A stretch of DNA of 64,000 bases, taken from contig CAWKAR010000024.1 of NCBI GenBank assembly GCA_963847625.1, positions 64,001 to 128,000 of the forward strand, written 5' to 3'. The position numbers were made by a program, and so were the translations under genes. Below, piece after piece: positions 1-10,319 of this stretch. The notes beneath the pieces are model-generated. The model did not search any database and was not told the DNA's origin. It was given only the letters and a program-made list of their open reading frames with translations. The DNA comes from a candidate division FCPU426 bacterium (GTDB lineage: Bacteria; Oederibacteriota; Muellerivitia; Muellerivitales; Muellerivitaceae). How positions within the stretch are numbered: the first letter of the stretch is position 1; each line of letters opens with the position of its first letter.

Positions 1-1
1 T

Positions 2-2167
2 TTAAAGATCCTGCCGGAACCCGATGCCATTATCCTCACGAAAAAGTTCGCCCTCCTCCACCATCTCAAGGCCGGGGATAAGGCCCCCTTCCTTTCGGGC
101 GACCAAACCCGGAAACTTCAGGTCGCGGGCTTGTTGTCCGACCAAGGGGCAGGCCGGGCCCTGGACGGCTCTTTCGCAGTCATGGATATCGCGGCGGCCC
201 AGGAGGTTTTCGGCAAGCAGGGCGTCCTGGACGAGATCCAATGGGCCGTGAAAAAAGAGGCGGACCGCGCCCAGTTGGAAAAAGATCTCCGGGAAAAACT
301 TCCCCCTTCTTTTCTCGTGGAGAGGCCTTCCCGCCGCAACTTGCAGGTGGAGAAAATGTTGAGGGCATTCCATGCCAACCTGTTGGCGCTCGCGCTGGTG
401 TCCCTCGGAGTGGGTTTTTTCCTGGTTTACAATTCCATGTCCATCGCCGTATTGCGTCATTCCAGGGACTTAGGGCTATTGCGGGCCCTGGGGCTGAACC
501 GGTCCAAAATCCTGGCCCTCGTCTTGTTTGAGGCCTCGGCTTACGGGGCGGGAGGCGCTTTCCTGGGATTGTTTTTGGGGAAGGCCATGGCTTCTGGAGT
601 CCTGCGCCTGGTGGGCGGCACGGCCCGGGACCTGTATCTTTTCGCGCCGGTTGGAAACCATATTCCGGGGGTGGGTTTTGCGGCCCTCTGGGCTTTCCTG
701 GGAGCGGTCCTCGTGGTAGCCGCGTCTTTCCCCCCGGCCTACTCGGCCTCCCTCATCGAGCCGTCGCTTGCGCTTCGCCCCGGGCACGCGCAGTCGCGGA
801 TGGGAAAAAGGGCCTGGCCCCTGGCAGTCGCCGGATTTATTTGCCTCGCGGCCGGCGGGGGCCTGTACCGATTGCCGCCTTTCCGGGGCCTTCCCCTGGG
901 CGGTTACGCCACGGCGTTTTTTCTCCTTTTAGGCGCGTCGTTCCTGACGCCTTTTTTCATCCGCAGCCTGTTCGGCCTGGCAGAGAAACTGGCCGGAAAC
1001 CGACTGCCCCTCAGCCTCCGGCTGGCCTACAAGAACCTGCTCGCGGGATTGGGTAAATCCAGCGTGGCCGTCAGCGCCCTGGCCATGGGAGTGGCCCTGC
1101 TGGTCAGCGTGACCGTCATGGTGGGGAGCTTCCGCGAGACCGTGACCCTCTGGCTGGGACAAACCCTGAGGGCGAACCTCTACCTGAAACCGGCGTCGGA
1201 TACCGCGGGGGGATTGGAAGGACTCATCATCCCCGGGACGATCTCCGCGGTCGCCGCCACCGAAGGGGTCCAGGCGGTGGAAAGGCTCAGGGGCATCCAA
1301 TACCCCTGGAAGGGAGGCGACCTGTACCTGGCCGCCTTCGACATGGACGTGCTTGAAAAATACGGCAACCTGGTTTTCAAGACCGGGGGGACCCCGGCTT
1401 TCCTGATGGATGGAATCCGGGGGAAAAAGGCGGTGGTAATCTCCGAACCCTTGGAACTCAAGGAACATTTGAAAGTGGGCGACTTTTTCCCCCTGGAAAC
1501 CCCCTCGGGGCCCGTTTCCCTTTTTATCCGGGCCGTTTACTTCGACTATTCCAACGACCGGGGGACCCTGCTGATGGACCGGAAGGTTTACGCGAACCTC
1601 TTCAACGACGAGGGCGTCAACGGAGTGGCTGTTTACCTGAAGCCCGGCTTGGACGCCGAGGCGGCCCGGCAGAAAATCCTGGCCGGATTGCCCCCTGGAA
1701 CCCAGATCTTCGCGCGTTCCAACGCGGCCCTGAAAAAGGAAGTCATGGGGATTTTCGACAGGACCTTCACCATCACCTATGCCATGGAAATCATCGCGGT
1801 CCTGGTGGCGGTGCTTGGCGTCCTCACAACGCTCGCGGCCTTGATCCTGGGCCGGAAAGGGGAAATCACGGTGCTCCGCTGCCTGGGAGCCACCCAGGGC
1901 CAGGTCCAGACGAGTATCTTCTGGGAGGCGGGGTGGATGGGAATCCTGGGAATCGCCCTCGGGCTCGGTTTGGGATTCCTGTTGGCCCTACTTTTGATTT
2001 ACGTCATCAACGTCCAATCCTTTGGCTGGACCATCCAGTGGCACGTGCCCTGGGGTTTGTTGGCCAAGGACATCGGATGGGTGGCGGCGGCCACGCTTTT
2101 GGCGGGAATCTACCCGGCGCGCTTAGCTCTTCGCGTACGCTCCATCAGGGAGGTGAATCCCGAATGA
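2..2167 (+). CDS. ABC transporter permease, FtsX/MacB-like with two permease repeats (5' partial)
   Basis: Frame is open from the window start. Two hydrophobic 4-TM blocks with motifs RDLGLLRALG and EITVLRCLGAT, plus a periplasmic domain. ATGA overlap with the next gene. Confidence 0.9.
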   Translation, partial: LKILPEPDAIILTKKFALLHHLKAGDKAPFLSGDQTRKLQVAGLLSDQGAGRALDGSFAVMDIAAAQEVFGKQGVLDEIQWAVKKEADRAQLEKDLREKLPPSFLVERPSRRNLQVEKMLRAFHANLLALALVSLGVGFFLVYNSMSIAVLRHSRDLGLLRALGLNRSKILALVLFEASAYGAGGAFLGLFLGKAMASGVLRLVGGTARDLYLFAPVGNHIPGVGFAALWAFLGAVLVVAASFPPAYSASLIEPSLALRPGHAQSRMGKRAWPLAVAGFICLAAGGGLYRLPPFRGLPLGGYATAFFLLLGASFLTPFFIRSLFGLAEKLAGNRLPLSLRLAYKNLLAGLGKSSVAVSALAMGVALLVSVTVMVGSFRETVTLWLGQTLRANLYLKPASDTAGGLEGLIIPGTISAVAATEGVQAVERLRGIQYPWKGGDLYLAAFDMDVLEKYGNLVFKTGGTPAFLMDGIRGKKAVVISEPLELKEHLKVGDFFPLETPSGPVSLFIRAVYFDYSNDRGTLLMDRKVYANLFNDEGVNGVAVYLKPGLDAEAARQKILAGLPPGTQIFARSNAALKKEVMGIFDRTFTITYAMEIIAVLVAVLGVLTTLAALILGRKGEITVLRCLGATQGQVQTSIFWEAGWMGILGIALGLGLGFLLALLLIYVINVQSFGWTIQWHVPWGLLAKDIGWVAAATLLAGIYPARLALRVRSIREVNPE

Positions 2168-3306
2168 CGGCGGCGAAAACATCCTCGAGACATCTTCCTT
2201 TCCGTCGAATCGGGTTGGTCCTGCTTTTAACCCTGCCTTTGGTTCCGGGGGGAGAAAGCCGTGCCGGGGCGCCCCAGGGAAAAAATTACCCTCCCGTCAA
2301 GCCGGGATATTCCTGGAAGTTTCCCCGGGATTTCGGAAGCCACCCCGAGTACCAAACCGAGTGGTGGTATTACACCGGCCACCTTCAAACCGAGGAAGGG
2401 AACCGGTTTGGTTTTGAGCTGACTTTCTTCCGGGTGGGGCTGGATCCCGCCGCGCGCAACCCCTCTTCCTTCACGGCCAAGGACCTCTATTTCGCCCATT
2501 TCGCGGTCTCCGACCTCAAAAACCACCGGTTTTGGTACGCGGAAAAAATGAACCGGCCTGGGCCGGGATTGGCGGGGGCCAAAGTCAGCACCCTGGATAC
2601 CTGGAACGAGGATTGGCGCGTTTTCCGGGAAGGCGCTTCCCACCACTTGACCGCGCAAGGGGAACCATTCGGGTTGGATTTGAAAGTCCAATCGTCCATC
2701 CCGGTCATCCTCCACGGTATCAAGGGATACAGCCGCAAAGGTCCCTCGCCCGGGAACACATCCCAGTATTTTTCCCTTCCTTTACTAACGGCCCAAGGGA
2801 CCCTTCGAGTGGGTTCCCGGGACCATCAGGCGGCAGGGAAAGCCTGGATGGACCATGAGTTTTTCTCGGGAAAAATCGACCCCGAAGAGACGGGGTGGGA
2901 CTGGTTTGGCCTGCAATTTTCGGACTCCACGGAACTGATGCTTTACCGCGTCCGCATGAAGGATGGCACGATTCATCCTGTCTCCAGCGGGACCTGGGTG
3001 GACGCCAAGGGCAAGGCCGTTCATTTGGACAGCAAGGCCATCCAAACGGAAGTTTTAAAAACCTGGAAGAGTCCCCGCACGGGGGCGGTCTATCCCATCC
3101 GGTGGAAAATCAGCGTTCCGACCCTTCATTTGGATTTTGAGGCCGCGGCGGATTTTCCGGATCAGGAACTCGACACAAACCAAAGCACCCGATTGGTTTA
3201 TTGGGAGGGATCGGTCGGCGTGAAGGGAAAAAGGGGGTGCGAGCTCCTCCAGGGCGAGGGGTACATGGAACTGACAGGGTACGACAAGAAGTTCAATGGG
3301 TTTTAA
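2164..3306 (+). CDS. Secreted lipocalin-like / CrtC-AttH family hydrolase
   Basis: Motifs FPRDFGSHPEYQTEWWYYTG, AWMDHEF, GWDWF, YWEG and GYMELTGY. Signal-like N-terminus. ATG at 2164 overlaps the permease stop; the ORF-track start at 1933 is an over-extension. Confidence 0.85.
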   Translation: MTAAKTSSRHLPFRRIGLVLLLTLPLVPGGESRAGAPQGKNYPPVKPGYSWKFPRDFGSHPEYQTEWWYYTGHLQTEEGNRFGFELTFFRVGLDPAARNPSSFTAKDLYFAHFAVSDLKNHRFWYAEKMNRPGPGLAGAKVSTLDTWNEDWRVFREGASHHLTAQGEPFGLDLKVQSSIPVILHGIKGYSRKGPSPGNTSQYFSLPLLTAQGTLRVGSRDHQAAGKAWMDHEFFSGKIDPEETGWDWFGLQFSDSTELMLYRVRMKDGTIHPVSSGTWVDAKGKAVHLDSKAIQTEVLKTWKSPRTGAVYPIRWKISVPTLHLDFEAAADFPDQELDTNQSTRLVYWEGSVGVKGKRGCELLQGEGYMELTGYDKKFNGF

Positions 3307-3397
3307 TTTTGGAATTTTGGAAGTTTACCAAACACTTTTGGGATTAAACGCTTTCTGGGGTTTGAGCTTTGGTAAAGGTTTTTGATGCTTACATAAT

Positions 3398-3433
3398 AAA
3401 AAAAGCCGGGGGCCTTTCGGGCCGCCCGGCTTT
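3398..3433 (-). terminator. Intrinsic terminator between convergent genes
   Basis: AAAAAAAGCCGGG...CCCGGCTTT hairpin, giving a U-tract on the minus strand. Confidence 0.75.
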
Positions 3434-3456
3434 CAACAACATTTCAGTGATAGTGA

Positions 3457-3840
3457 TTATTGAGTGGGTGGCGCTGGCTCGGGGTTTTTCTCGTCGTAGA
3501 TGCTCTTGGATATTTCATTCAACTCCTGGTTGAGCTGCTTGAGCTGGTCCTCGGTCAATTCCCTTTTGCCGTTGGCTTGATAGTCCGCGAACATTTCTTT
3601 CTGGATCGACTTCAGCTGCTGGCGAAGGGCCTGGGCCTGCTGCTTGGTGAGCTTGCCGGTTTTGACCCCTTCATGGATGCGAAGCAATTGGTTCTTCATG
3701 CGCCAGTGGACCTCGCGGATGCGCGGATGGGGGTGCGCTACGGCGGGGCGGATCGCCGGGGCTTGGGTTCCGTCGGCCAAGGCAAAGCCAGCGGGAATCA
3801 GGAACAGCGAGGACAACGCTAAAACAATCAGTTTTTTCAT
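3457..3840 (-). CDS. Small secreted helical protein
   Basis: Signal peptide MKKLIVLALSSLFLIPAGFALA, GGAGG RBS, and a GKLTKQQAQALR motif. Paralog of the truncated ORF at 32632. Confidence 0.8.
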   Translation of the reverse strand: MKKLIVLALSSLFLIPAGFALADGTQAPAIRPAVAHPHPRIREVHWRMKNQLLRIHEGVKTGKLTKQQAQALRQQLKSIQKEMFADYQANGKRELTEDQLKQLNQELNEISKSIYDEKNPEPAPPTQ

Positions 3841-4061
3841 GACTTCCTCCGTGAAAAATTAAATTTCCGAATCCACCCTATTAGACGTTCTGGGGCGGGG
3901 GAAAAGTTGCATGGAAAAAGCCCTTAAACCCTGTGGTTTGGAAGGACTTTTAATTATTTTTCAACGGGTTGTCATCAGGCAGTGGGGGATTGGCTTAGAA
4001 ACAGGCTTTCAAGCCGGGCAGATCAGCCCTTGTTTTAATCTATGACGATATGCCCAGTTCT

Positions 4062-5036
4062 CTACTCGATGTTGTAAACCAGGCCGAAAGAGAAACCCTT
4101 GAAAGGCTGGCTGGTGGGGGTGGCATAGGTCACAGTCTTGCCCAATATATAACTGTAAACCGTGCCGGCGGGGTAATCTTCCTGGCCCGTTTGACCCGAT
4201 ATTTCGAACTCGAAATTTTTAAGGAAGGTGAGGTTCACGCCAAAGGTGATGGAACGGACCTTGTCCTCTTGGTTCAACTTTTTTACAATCGTATGAGTGA
4301 TGTTCTGAGCTTGATAAGTATCGTCGTAGGCCTGCTGGGACGACAGGGTCAAGGTCAGGAAATCCGCCGGAAGTAAAGTCAGGAAGATCCCCGGCGTAAA
4401 GTTACCCCCGTCTATTTCGATGATCTTGTCGGAGGAGCCCAATATCTGGGAAAGGGGGCCCTGGTGACTATTCAATCCTCCCGCAAGGGTTAACCCGGCC
4501 TCCAGAGGATCCCAGATCATGAATCCGAAGGTCAGGGTGGCGGTGTTGGAATTAAGCGCGGAAGCGCCCCTCTGTAAATCCATCTCCAAAGAAGGCAGGA
4601 ATGAACCCAAACCCAAGCCGCCCGCCATGGTCAGCTCTCCATAAGCCGTGTCCGCTCCTTCCACTTTTTGTTGGCCACCCACAAGGCCCACGGAACTGTA
4701 ATGACCGCTCTCGGTGAAATTGTAAGTGCCGGTAAAATTCATTTCCCGGGTGATTTGCCCCTGGCCCGCTTGGCTGGGCTGGTTGGAATAAGTAAGGCCC
4801 ACTTGGCCGGTCCAATGGGGAGTAAAGTTGTTTACCTCCTTTTCTATTTGATCCAGCAGTTTCACATCCTCGGCAGCATCATTGTCCGCCTGGGAGGATG
4901 AGGAATTCGGAGCGCTTTGGAGGGTTTTTCCCCCGTTGACGTTCGCTCCGGCTGCCCCGTGGGCATAGGCCGCAATCGCCAATAAAATCGCCAGCATGAA
5001 TGGCGAAAGAAATAAAAAACGAAAAGATTTATTCAT
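4062..5036 (-). CDS. Putative outer-membrane beta-barrel protein
   Basis: AAGGAG RBS before ATG 5036, signal peptide, alternating beta-strand pattern, C-terminal FSFGLVYNIE. Confidence 0.6.
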   Translation of the reverse strand: MNKSFRFLFLSPFMLAILLAIAAYAHGAAGANVNGGKTLQSAPNSSSSQADNDAAEDVKLLDQIEKEVNNFTPHWTGQVGLTYSNQPSQAGQGQITREMNFTGTYNFTESGHYSSVGLVGGQQKVEGADTAYGELTMAGGLGLGSFLPSLEMDLQRGASALNSNTATLTFGFMIWDPLEAGLTLAGGLNSHQGPLSQILGSSDKIIEIDGGNFTPGIFLTLLPADFLTLTLSSQQAYDDTYQAQNITHTIVKKLNQEDKVRSITFGVNLTFLKNFEFEISGQTGQEDYPAGTVYSYILGKTVTYATPTSQPFKGFSFGLVYNIE

Positions 5037-5256
5037 TGATGATCGCTCCTTTAGACTTGCTTTAAATGCGTAAGGCTTTTGGCGGTCAAAGCATGGAGTG
5101 CGTATTAATATGACGATTTTAAACCAATTATGTTTCACCCATTACAAAAGTTTGCGTTGACGGATACACGCCTTCGTGGCAATCTTTGGACCTGTTTTTT
5201 CCTGGTATTCACAACTGGGGAACAGGCCTTCATCTTTAAATAAGGGGAATTCATAA

Positions 5257-6294
5257 GTGAAACCCACATTAAAATCGACGGTTTTCGAAATCGTTCTTTG
5301 CCTGGGCATGGTTGGAAACGCCTCCGCGGGGTTGGAACTGAAAGGATCAGGTTCCTATATAGCTGCTCCCCTTTGCGCCCGCTGGTTGGAGGAATACGCC
5401 CAAGGCCATTCGGGAATCAAGGTCAAGTTCGACGCCAAAGGCGCTTCCGACGCGGTCGGCCAATGGCTGGGAAAGGGAGTGGATTTCGCCGCGTCCGAAA
5501 CACCCTTGACCACCATGGAGGAAAACAAGGTCCGGGGGAGAGGCCCCCTTAACCTGCCCCTGGCCCTGGAAGCCTTGGCCGTCACCTATAACCTGCCGGG
5601 AATCCAACCCGGCCTCAAGATTTCCCCGGCGGTTTTATCCTCCATTCTCAACGGCACCGTCAAGAAATGGAACGATCAAGCCCTGGCTATAATGAATCCG
5701 GGAATTACCTTACCCGATATGGACATCATGGTCGTGCGCGAGGAACACCAAAACACCCTGCATGATTTCCTCCCCTTTTATCTTTCCAAGTTGGATTCCA
5801 AGTGGACCCTCCGGCATGAGAAGGACAAGAACCTGCATTGGCCCGTGGGGGTCCATGTGAAGGGAAACAACAAAGTCCTGGAAAGATTGCGCCGCTACCC
5901 GGGTACGCTCGCGGTGGTTGATTTTTCCTATGCCGCGCAAAAGGGGATGCCGACGGCCCAGGTCAAGAACGAAGCCGGGAAGTTTGTGGGGCCATCGGTA
6001 GAATCCATCCAGGCTTCCACCTCGGACCTGGTCAACCTGCCGGATGACTTCAAGGTGTTTTTAACCCGTTCCCGCGGCCCCGAAGCCTATCCCCTCTGCA
6101 CCTTTTTATGGCTTTTGACCTACCAGGAAAACACCAAAGTCATCCATAACTCCGCCCGCAGCAAGGCATTCGCGGATTTTCTTCAATGGGTTTCGGGTGA
6201 CGAGGGCCAGAAACTCGTGAGCGAATGCTCCTATGTTCCCCTGCCGGATTCGTTTTTAGCCCAAGTCCGGCAAAAGATTCAAGCTATCCGGTAG
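5257..6294 (+). CDS. PstS-like periplasmic substrate-binding protein (divergent)
   Basis: LKGSGS, VDFAASE, YNLPG, KKWND and AYPL motifs of the PstS family, with a signal peptide. Confidence 0.8.
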   Translation: MKPTLKSTVFEIVLCLGMVGNASAGLELKGSGSYIAAPLCARWLEEYAQGHSGIKVKFDAKGASDAVGQWLGKGVDFAASETPLTTMEENKVRGRGPLNLPLALEALAVTYNLPGIQPGLKISPAVLSSILNGTVKKWNDQALAIMNPGITLPDMDIMVVREEHQNTLHDFLPFYLSKLDSKWTLRHEKDKNLHWPVGVHVKGNNKVLERLRRYPGTLAVVDFSYAAQKGMPTAQVKNEAGKFVGPSVESIQASTSDLVNLPDDFKVFLTRSRGPEAYPLCTFLWLLTYQENTKVIHNSARSKAFADFLQWVSGDEGQKLVSECSYVPLPDSFLAQVRQKIQAIR

Positions 6295-6399
6295 TGGTAA
6301 TAAGGGTTCCGCCGTCCTCCCGAAGAAAGGCCAAAGAGAAGCTTGAAAGTGAGGGCCCTCCTTTGGTGAAATGGCTTACCAGCGCCGATAGAACATGAG

Positions 6400-7941
6400 G
6401 TGGCCATGCCTGACCGGATACCATTGGTAAACCCCCTTCGCGAAGGTTTGTTCAACGATCGCGTGCCAGCCCCCTGCAGCCTGGTCATCTTCGGGGCTTC
6501 CGGGGACCTGACCCACCGGAAGCTTATCCCCGCTCTTTTCGACCTGTTCAAGAAGCACCTTCTCCCGGCCTCTTTCAACCTCGTGGGGCTTTCCAGGACC
6601 CGCATCAGCGACTCCGAGTTCAAGGATAAACTCAAGGAAAGCTTCAAGGAAAGCGAGCCGGGCTTGTCAGATCCCCTTTGGGAAAGTTTCTCCCGGAATT
6701 TCCACTATCTTTCCGGCGGTTACGATGACCCGAAAACCTATCAAGAGCTTTCCAAAACGCTCGGGAATTTGGACAAAAAAAACGGCACCCTGGGTAACCG
6801 GATTTATTACCTGTCCACCCCGCCCAACGTTTTCGCGACCGTCCTGGGAAACCTGGGCGCCACGGGGTTGGCGCGGGAGGAAAAGGGCTACGCCCGAATC
6901 GTCATCGAGAAACCCTTCGGCCGAGACCTCAAGTCCGCCAGGGAATTGAACGCGAAGGTGAGGGAATCCTTCAAGGAAAAACAGGTCTACCGCATCGACC
7001 ATTACCTGGGGAAGGAAACGGTCCAGAACCTCCTCATCATGCGGTTCGGCAATTCCATCTTCGAGCCCATCTGGGACCGCCGGTACGTGGACCACGTGCA
7101 GATCACAGCCTGCGAGGACCTGGGTGTGGGAAGCCGGGCGGGTTACTACGAGAGCTCGGGCGTGCTCAGGGACATGTTCCAGAACCACCTTTTGCAGGTG
7201 CTTTCCCTGGTGGCGATGGAGCCGCCGGTCGACTTCGCCGCCGACCCCATCCGCGACGAGAAATTGAAGGTCCTGCAGGCCATCCATCCCTTCAAGGGTG
7301 AAACCATCCGCCAGTGGGCGGCCCGGGGTCAATACGGCCCGGGTTTCCTGGGAGGGGAGAAGGTCCCGGGCTACCGGGAGGAACCGGGAGTGGATCCCAA
7401 GTCCAACACCCCCACCTTCGCGGCGGTGAAGCTCTTCCTGGATACCTGGCGCTGGCACGGAGTGCCGTTCCTGCTTCGTTCCGGGAAACGCATGCCCAAG
7501 CGGGCCACCGAAGTGGCCATCCAATTCAAACAGCCGCCCAACCTGCTGTTCAAGGGCAACCTCAACGAGATGGCGCCCAATATCCTGGTGGTCCGGATCC
7601 AGCCCGACGAGGGAATCACCCTCAAGTTCGAGACGAAGGTACCCGGCATCACCCTGGAGGCGCGCACCGTCAACATGGATTTCCGTTACAACACGACCTT
7701 CGTGGAGGGGACCTCCGAGGCTTACGAGCGCCTGCTGTTGGACTGCATGCTGGGGGACGCCACGCTTTTTATCCGGGGCGACGAAACCGAGGCGGCTTGG
7801 GGCGCCTTGATGCCCATCCTGGAGGAATGGGAATCCAAACCCCCCGAGGAGGCCTTCCCCAATTACGAGGCGGGCACCTGGGGCCCGGCCTCGGCGGACA
7901 GCCTGCCGGGAGAACCCTGGCGAAAATGGAGGCGGTTATGA
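6400..7941 (+). CDS. zwf: Glucose-6-phosphate 1-dehydrogenase
   Basis: GASGDL, IEKPFG, RIDHYLGKE, RDMFQNH and EAYERLL motifs. Confidence 0.98.
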   Translation: MAMPDRIPLVNPLREGLFNDRVPAPCSLVIFGASGDLTHRKLIPALFDLFKKHLLPASFNLVGLSRTRISDSEFKDKLKESFKESEPGLSDPLWESFSRNFHYLSGGYDDPKTYQELSKTLGNLDKKNGTLGNRIYYLSTPPNVFATVLGNLGATGLAREEKGYARIVIEKPFGRDLKSARELNAKVRESFKEKQVYRIDHYLGKETVQNLLIMRFGNSIFEPIWDRRYVDHVQITACEDLGVGSRAGYYESSGVLRDMFQNHLLQVLSLVAMEPPVDFAADPIRDEKLKVLQAIHPFKGETIRQWAARGQYGPGFLGGEKVPGYREEPGVDPKSNTPTFAAVKLFLDTWRWHGVPFLLRSGKRMPKRATEVAIQFKQPPNLLFKGNLNEMAPNILVVRIQPDEGITLKFETKVPGITLEARTVNMDFRYNTTFVEGTSEAYERLLLDCMLGDATLFIRGDETEAAWGALMPILEEWESKPPEEAFPNYEAGTWGPASADSLPGEPWRKWRRL

Positions 7942-9032
7942 GCCCCCTTTCGGCCCAGGAAGTGGAAAAGGAACTGGCAGATCTTTGGAAACCGGGACCC
8001 CAGGAAAAGGCGAAAGACCTGGGTTTGCATAGGGTTTACACCACCAACCTTGTGGCTTACGTTCCCAGCGCCGAAGAGGGAAACCGGGTGGAGCGGATTT
8101 TAAACGACCTGGTCGAGTTTCACCCGGGACGGTACATCCTCATCAAACCCACCGCGGGGGAGGCCGGTCATCCTTTGAAACACTCGGTTTCCGGCCACTG
8201 TGTCCTCGGAAGCGGGCGGGCGAAGAGCGTTTGCTGCGACTTGATCAAGCTGGAGGCGGGAGAGGCGGTCCTGGAGAACCTCTACGGGTTCACTTTTTCC
8301 CTCCTGGTGCCGGACCTTCCGGTGGAATTCTGGTGGGCCGGGGACCTTCCATTGGGCCATTCCTTCTTCCACCACATGGCCGAGGAGGCCAGCCGCGTTT
8401 GGGTGGATTCCTCCCGGTTCAACCGGGTCATTCCCACCCTCGCTTCCTTGGCCGGCACATGGCACCTCCGACACCCCCGAACCCTCCTGGGGGACTTGAA
8501 TTGGCTTCGAATCCACAGGTGGAGGGCGCTCATCGCGGAGTTGTTCGACGGGGACTGGACGCGTTTTATTCCTGAGATCCGGCGGTTCACGGTGGAATAC
8601 GGGGAAGGGTCCCAACCCGCAAGGAGTTTTTACCTGGCTTGCTGGCTCGCCTCCCAACTGGGTTGGAAATACAAGGGCGACAGGATTTCAAAGTTTAAGG
8701 ATGAACTCTGCTTCGAGGGCCCCCGAGGGCCGGTGGAGGTGATCCTGAAGCCTGTCCCGGTTCAGGACGTGAAAAGGGACAGGATTTTTTCAGTCCGGAT
8801 CGCCACCGGGGGGGATACACCCGCATCTTTCACGGCCATGCGGGACCGGGATCCCCAGTGTGTGTCGGTCCAATCCGAGGCCGGCAATCAGGAAGTTTTT
8901 TCCAGGACGGTATCCTTCCAGCATCTTCACAGCAACGAGCTTCTCAACGAGGGCTTCAGGCACCTGGAGCAGGACCTGGTGTGGAACAAGACCCTTCAAA
9001 TGGTGGGTACAGTTCTGGAGAAATCCTCTTGA
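7938..9032 (+). CDS. opcA: G6PD assembly/allosteric effector protein OpcA
   Basis: ATGA overlap with zwf. Motifs HPGRYI, LLVPDLPVEFWW, VDSS, DLNWLRIHRWR and WLASQLGW. Confidence 0.85.
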   Translation: MSPLSAQEVEKELADLWKPGPQEKAKDLGLHRVYTTNLVAYVPSAEEGNRVERILNDLVEFHPGRYILIKPTAGEAGHPLKHSVSGHCVLGSGRAKSVCCDLIKLEAGEAVLENLYGFTFSLLVPDLPVEFWWAGDLPLGHSFFHHMAEEASRVWVDSSRFNRVIPTLASLAGTWHLRHPRTLLGDLNWLRIHRWRALIAELFDGDWTRFIPEIRRFTVEYGEGSQPARSFYLACWLASQLGWKYKGDRISKFKDELCFEGPRGPVEVILKPVPVQDVKRDRIFSVRIATGGDTPASFTAMRDRDPQCVSVQSEAGNQEVFSRTVSFQHLHSNELLNEGFRHLEQDLVWNKTLQMVGTVLEKSS

Positions 9033-9066
9033 ATCTTGAATTCGTTTAACTCGTTTTATTTAGTTC

Positions 9067-10119
9067 CCGAGTTCCATAAGTAAGTGCAACACTTAGTGTC
9101 TGAAGAAGGCCGCATGAATAGGATATGCGGCTATGAAAAAGAAATACAAGCATTTAAGCGTTGAAGAAAGAGATCATTTATCCGTCTTGAAAGGAAAGGG
9201 TCTTAGCCTTCGAGCAATTTCACGCGCCTTGAAGAGGTCTCCTTCCACCCTCTCCAGGGAACTCAAGCGCAATGCTCCCCCTATCCGTTCTGGTTATTAT
9301 CTTTCTCATCGAGCCCATCAACGGTATGTTGACCGCAACCAACAACGAGCACGCCGTTTACGCCTGAAAACAAAACGAATTCGTGCCTACGTCCGTCGTC
9401 AATTGAAACGAGGCTGGTCTCCAGAACTCATTTCAGGTCGATTAGGTCACCTACGGCCTAAGCAAACCATTGGTCCTGAAGCTATCTATCAGTGGGTTTA
9501 TGCTGAAGCCACTGAGCTGATTCCTTGCCTAGTTCGACACCACCGGCGACGATTCTCATTTGGCCATAGCCGTAAGCACGCCAAAAACCATATCCCAGGC
9601 CGTGTTTCCATCGATAAGCGCTCCGAGATCGCCAATCAACGCAAGCAATTCGGCCATTGGGAAACCGACACCATGGTCTCTCGTCAGAGTAAAGTTGCTA
9701 TGCGGGCTCTCGTCGAGCGTCAAAGCCGTTTTTCCAAGTTGGGAAAGCTCAAACGAAAGACCGCTCGCCAAATGAGTCATAGCCTCAACCGCGCTTTATG
9801 CCGCTTCCCTCAAGACGCCCGCCTGAGTCTGACCTATGACAACGGAACCGAAAACACCAACCACTTGGAAACCAACCACGTGCTTGGTACAAAATCCTTT
9901 TTCTGCGCCCCTTTCCACAGTTGGGAAAAAGGTACGGTGGAAAATACTATCGGTCTTGTCCGCCGCCATTTGCCTAAAAAGACTGATCTTGCTAAAGTGT
10001 CCTTCAAAGAATTCAGGACCATAGAAAGATGGCTCAATAACAGGCCCAGGAAATGTTTGGGCTTTAAAACTCCGGCGGAAGTCTTCCGGCGAAGTGTTGC
10101 ACTTACTCCGTGAATTCGG
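9067..10119 (+). mobile_element. IS30-family insertion sequence
   Basis: Imperfect 28-bp terminal IRs: CCGAGTTCCATAAGTAAGTGCAACACTT (9067-9094) and AAGTGTTGCACTTACTCCGTGAATTCGG (10092-10119). No clear target duplication. Confidence 0.85.
9133..10113 (+). CDS. IS30-family DDE transposase
   Basis: N-terminal HTH (RSPSTLSRELKRN), WSPELI, GHWETDT, TYDNGTE, WEKGTVENTIG and NNRPRKCLG. Confidence 0.95.
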   Translation: MKKKYKHLSVEERDHLSVLKGKGLSLRAISRALKRSPSTLSRELKRNAPPIRSGYYLSHRAHQRYVDRNQQRARRLRLKTKRIRAYVRRQLKRGWSPELISGRLGHLRPKQTIGPEAIYQWVYAEATELIPCLVRHHRRRFSFGHSRKHAKNHIPGRVSIDKRSEIANQRKQFGHWETDTMVSRQSKVAMRALVERQSRFSKLGKLKRKTARQMSHSLNRALCRFPQDARLSLTYDNGTENTNHLETNHVLGTKSFFCAPFHSWEKGTVENTIGLVRRHLPKKTDLAKVSFKEFRTIERWLNNRPRKCLGFKTPAEVFRRSVALTP

Positions 10120-10319
10120 CGTTATTAAAGCTAAAAAACATAAAAAAGAGAATTTCAAGGCAATCTCAGCGATGTTTGAGCCTTGGATAGGTTGGAAAGG
10201 AGAACTCAGGTTGGTACAATATAAATGGAAAGGCGGTTGAAGCCGTTTTTCCTTTCACAACCGAGGGTACGGGTGCCGGGCGTTTTTTTCTCGTTTCATG
10301 CGGTTGAAAGGCCAATTCC

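Noticed and set aside
1933..2163. ORF-track N-terminal extensions (also 7314-7937, 27496-27873 and 49745-49927)
   Set aside because: They overlap upstream genes in another frame. Downstream coupled ATG starts fit the families better.
9060..10125. Target-site duplication for the IS30
   Set aside because: No matching 2-3 bp direct repeat at the inferred ends.
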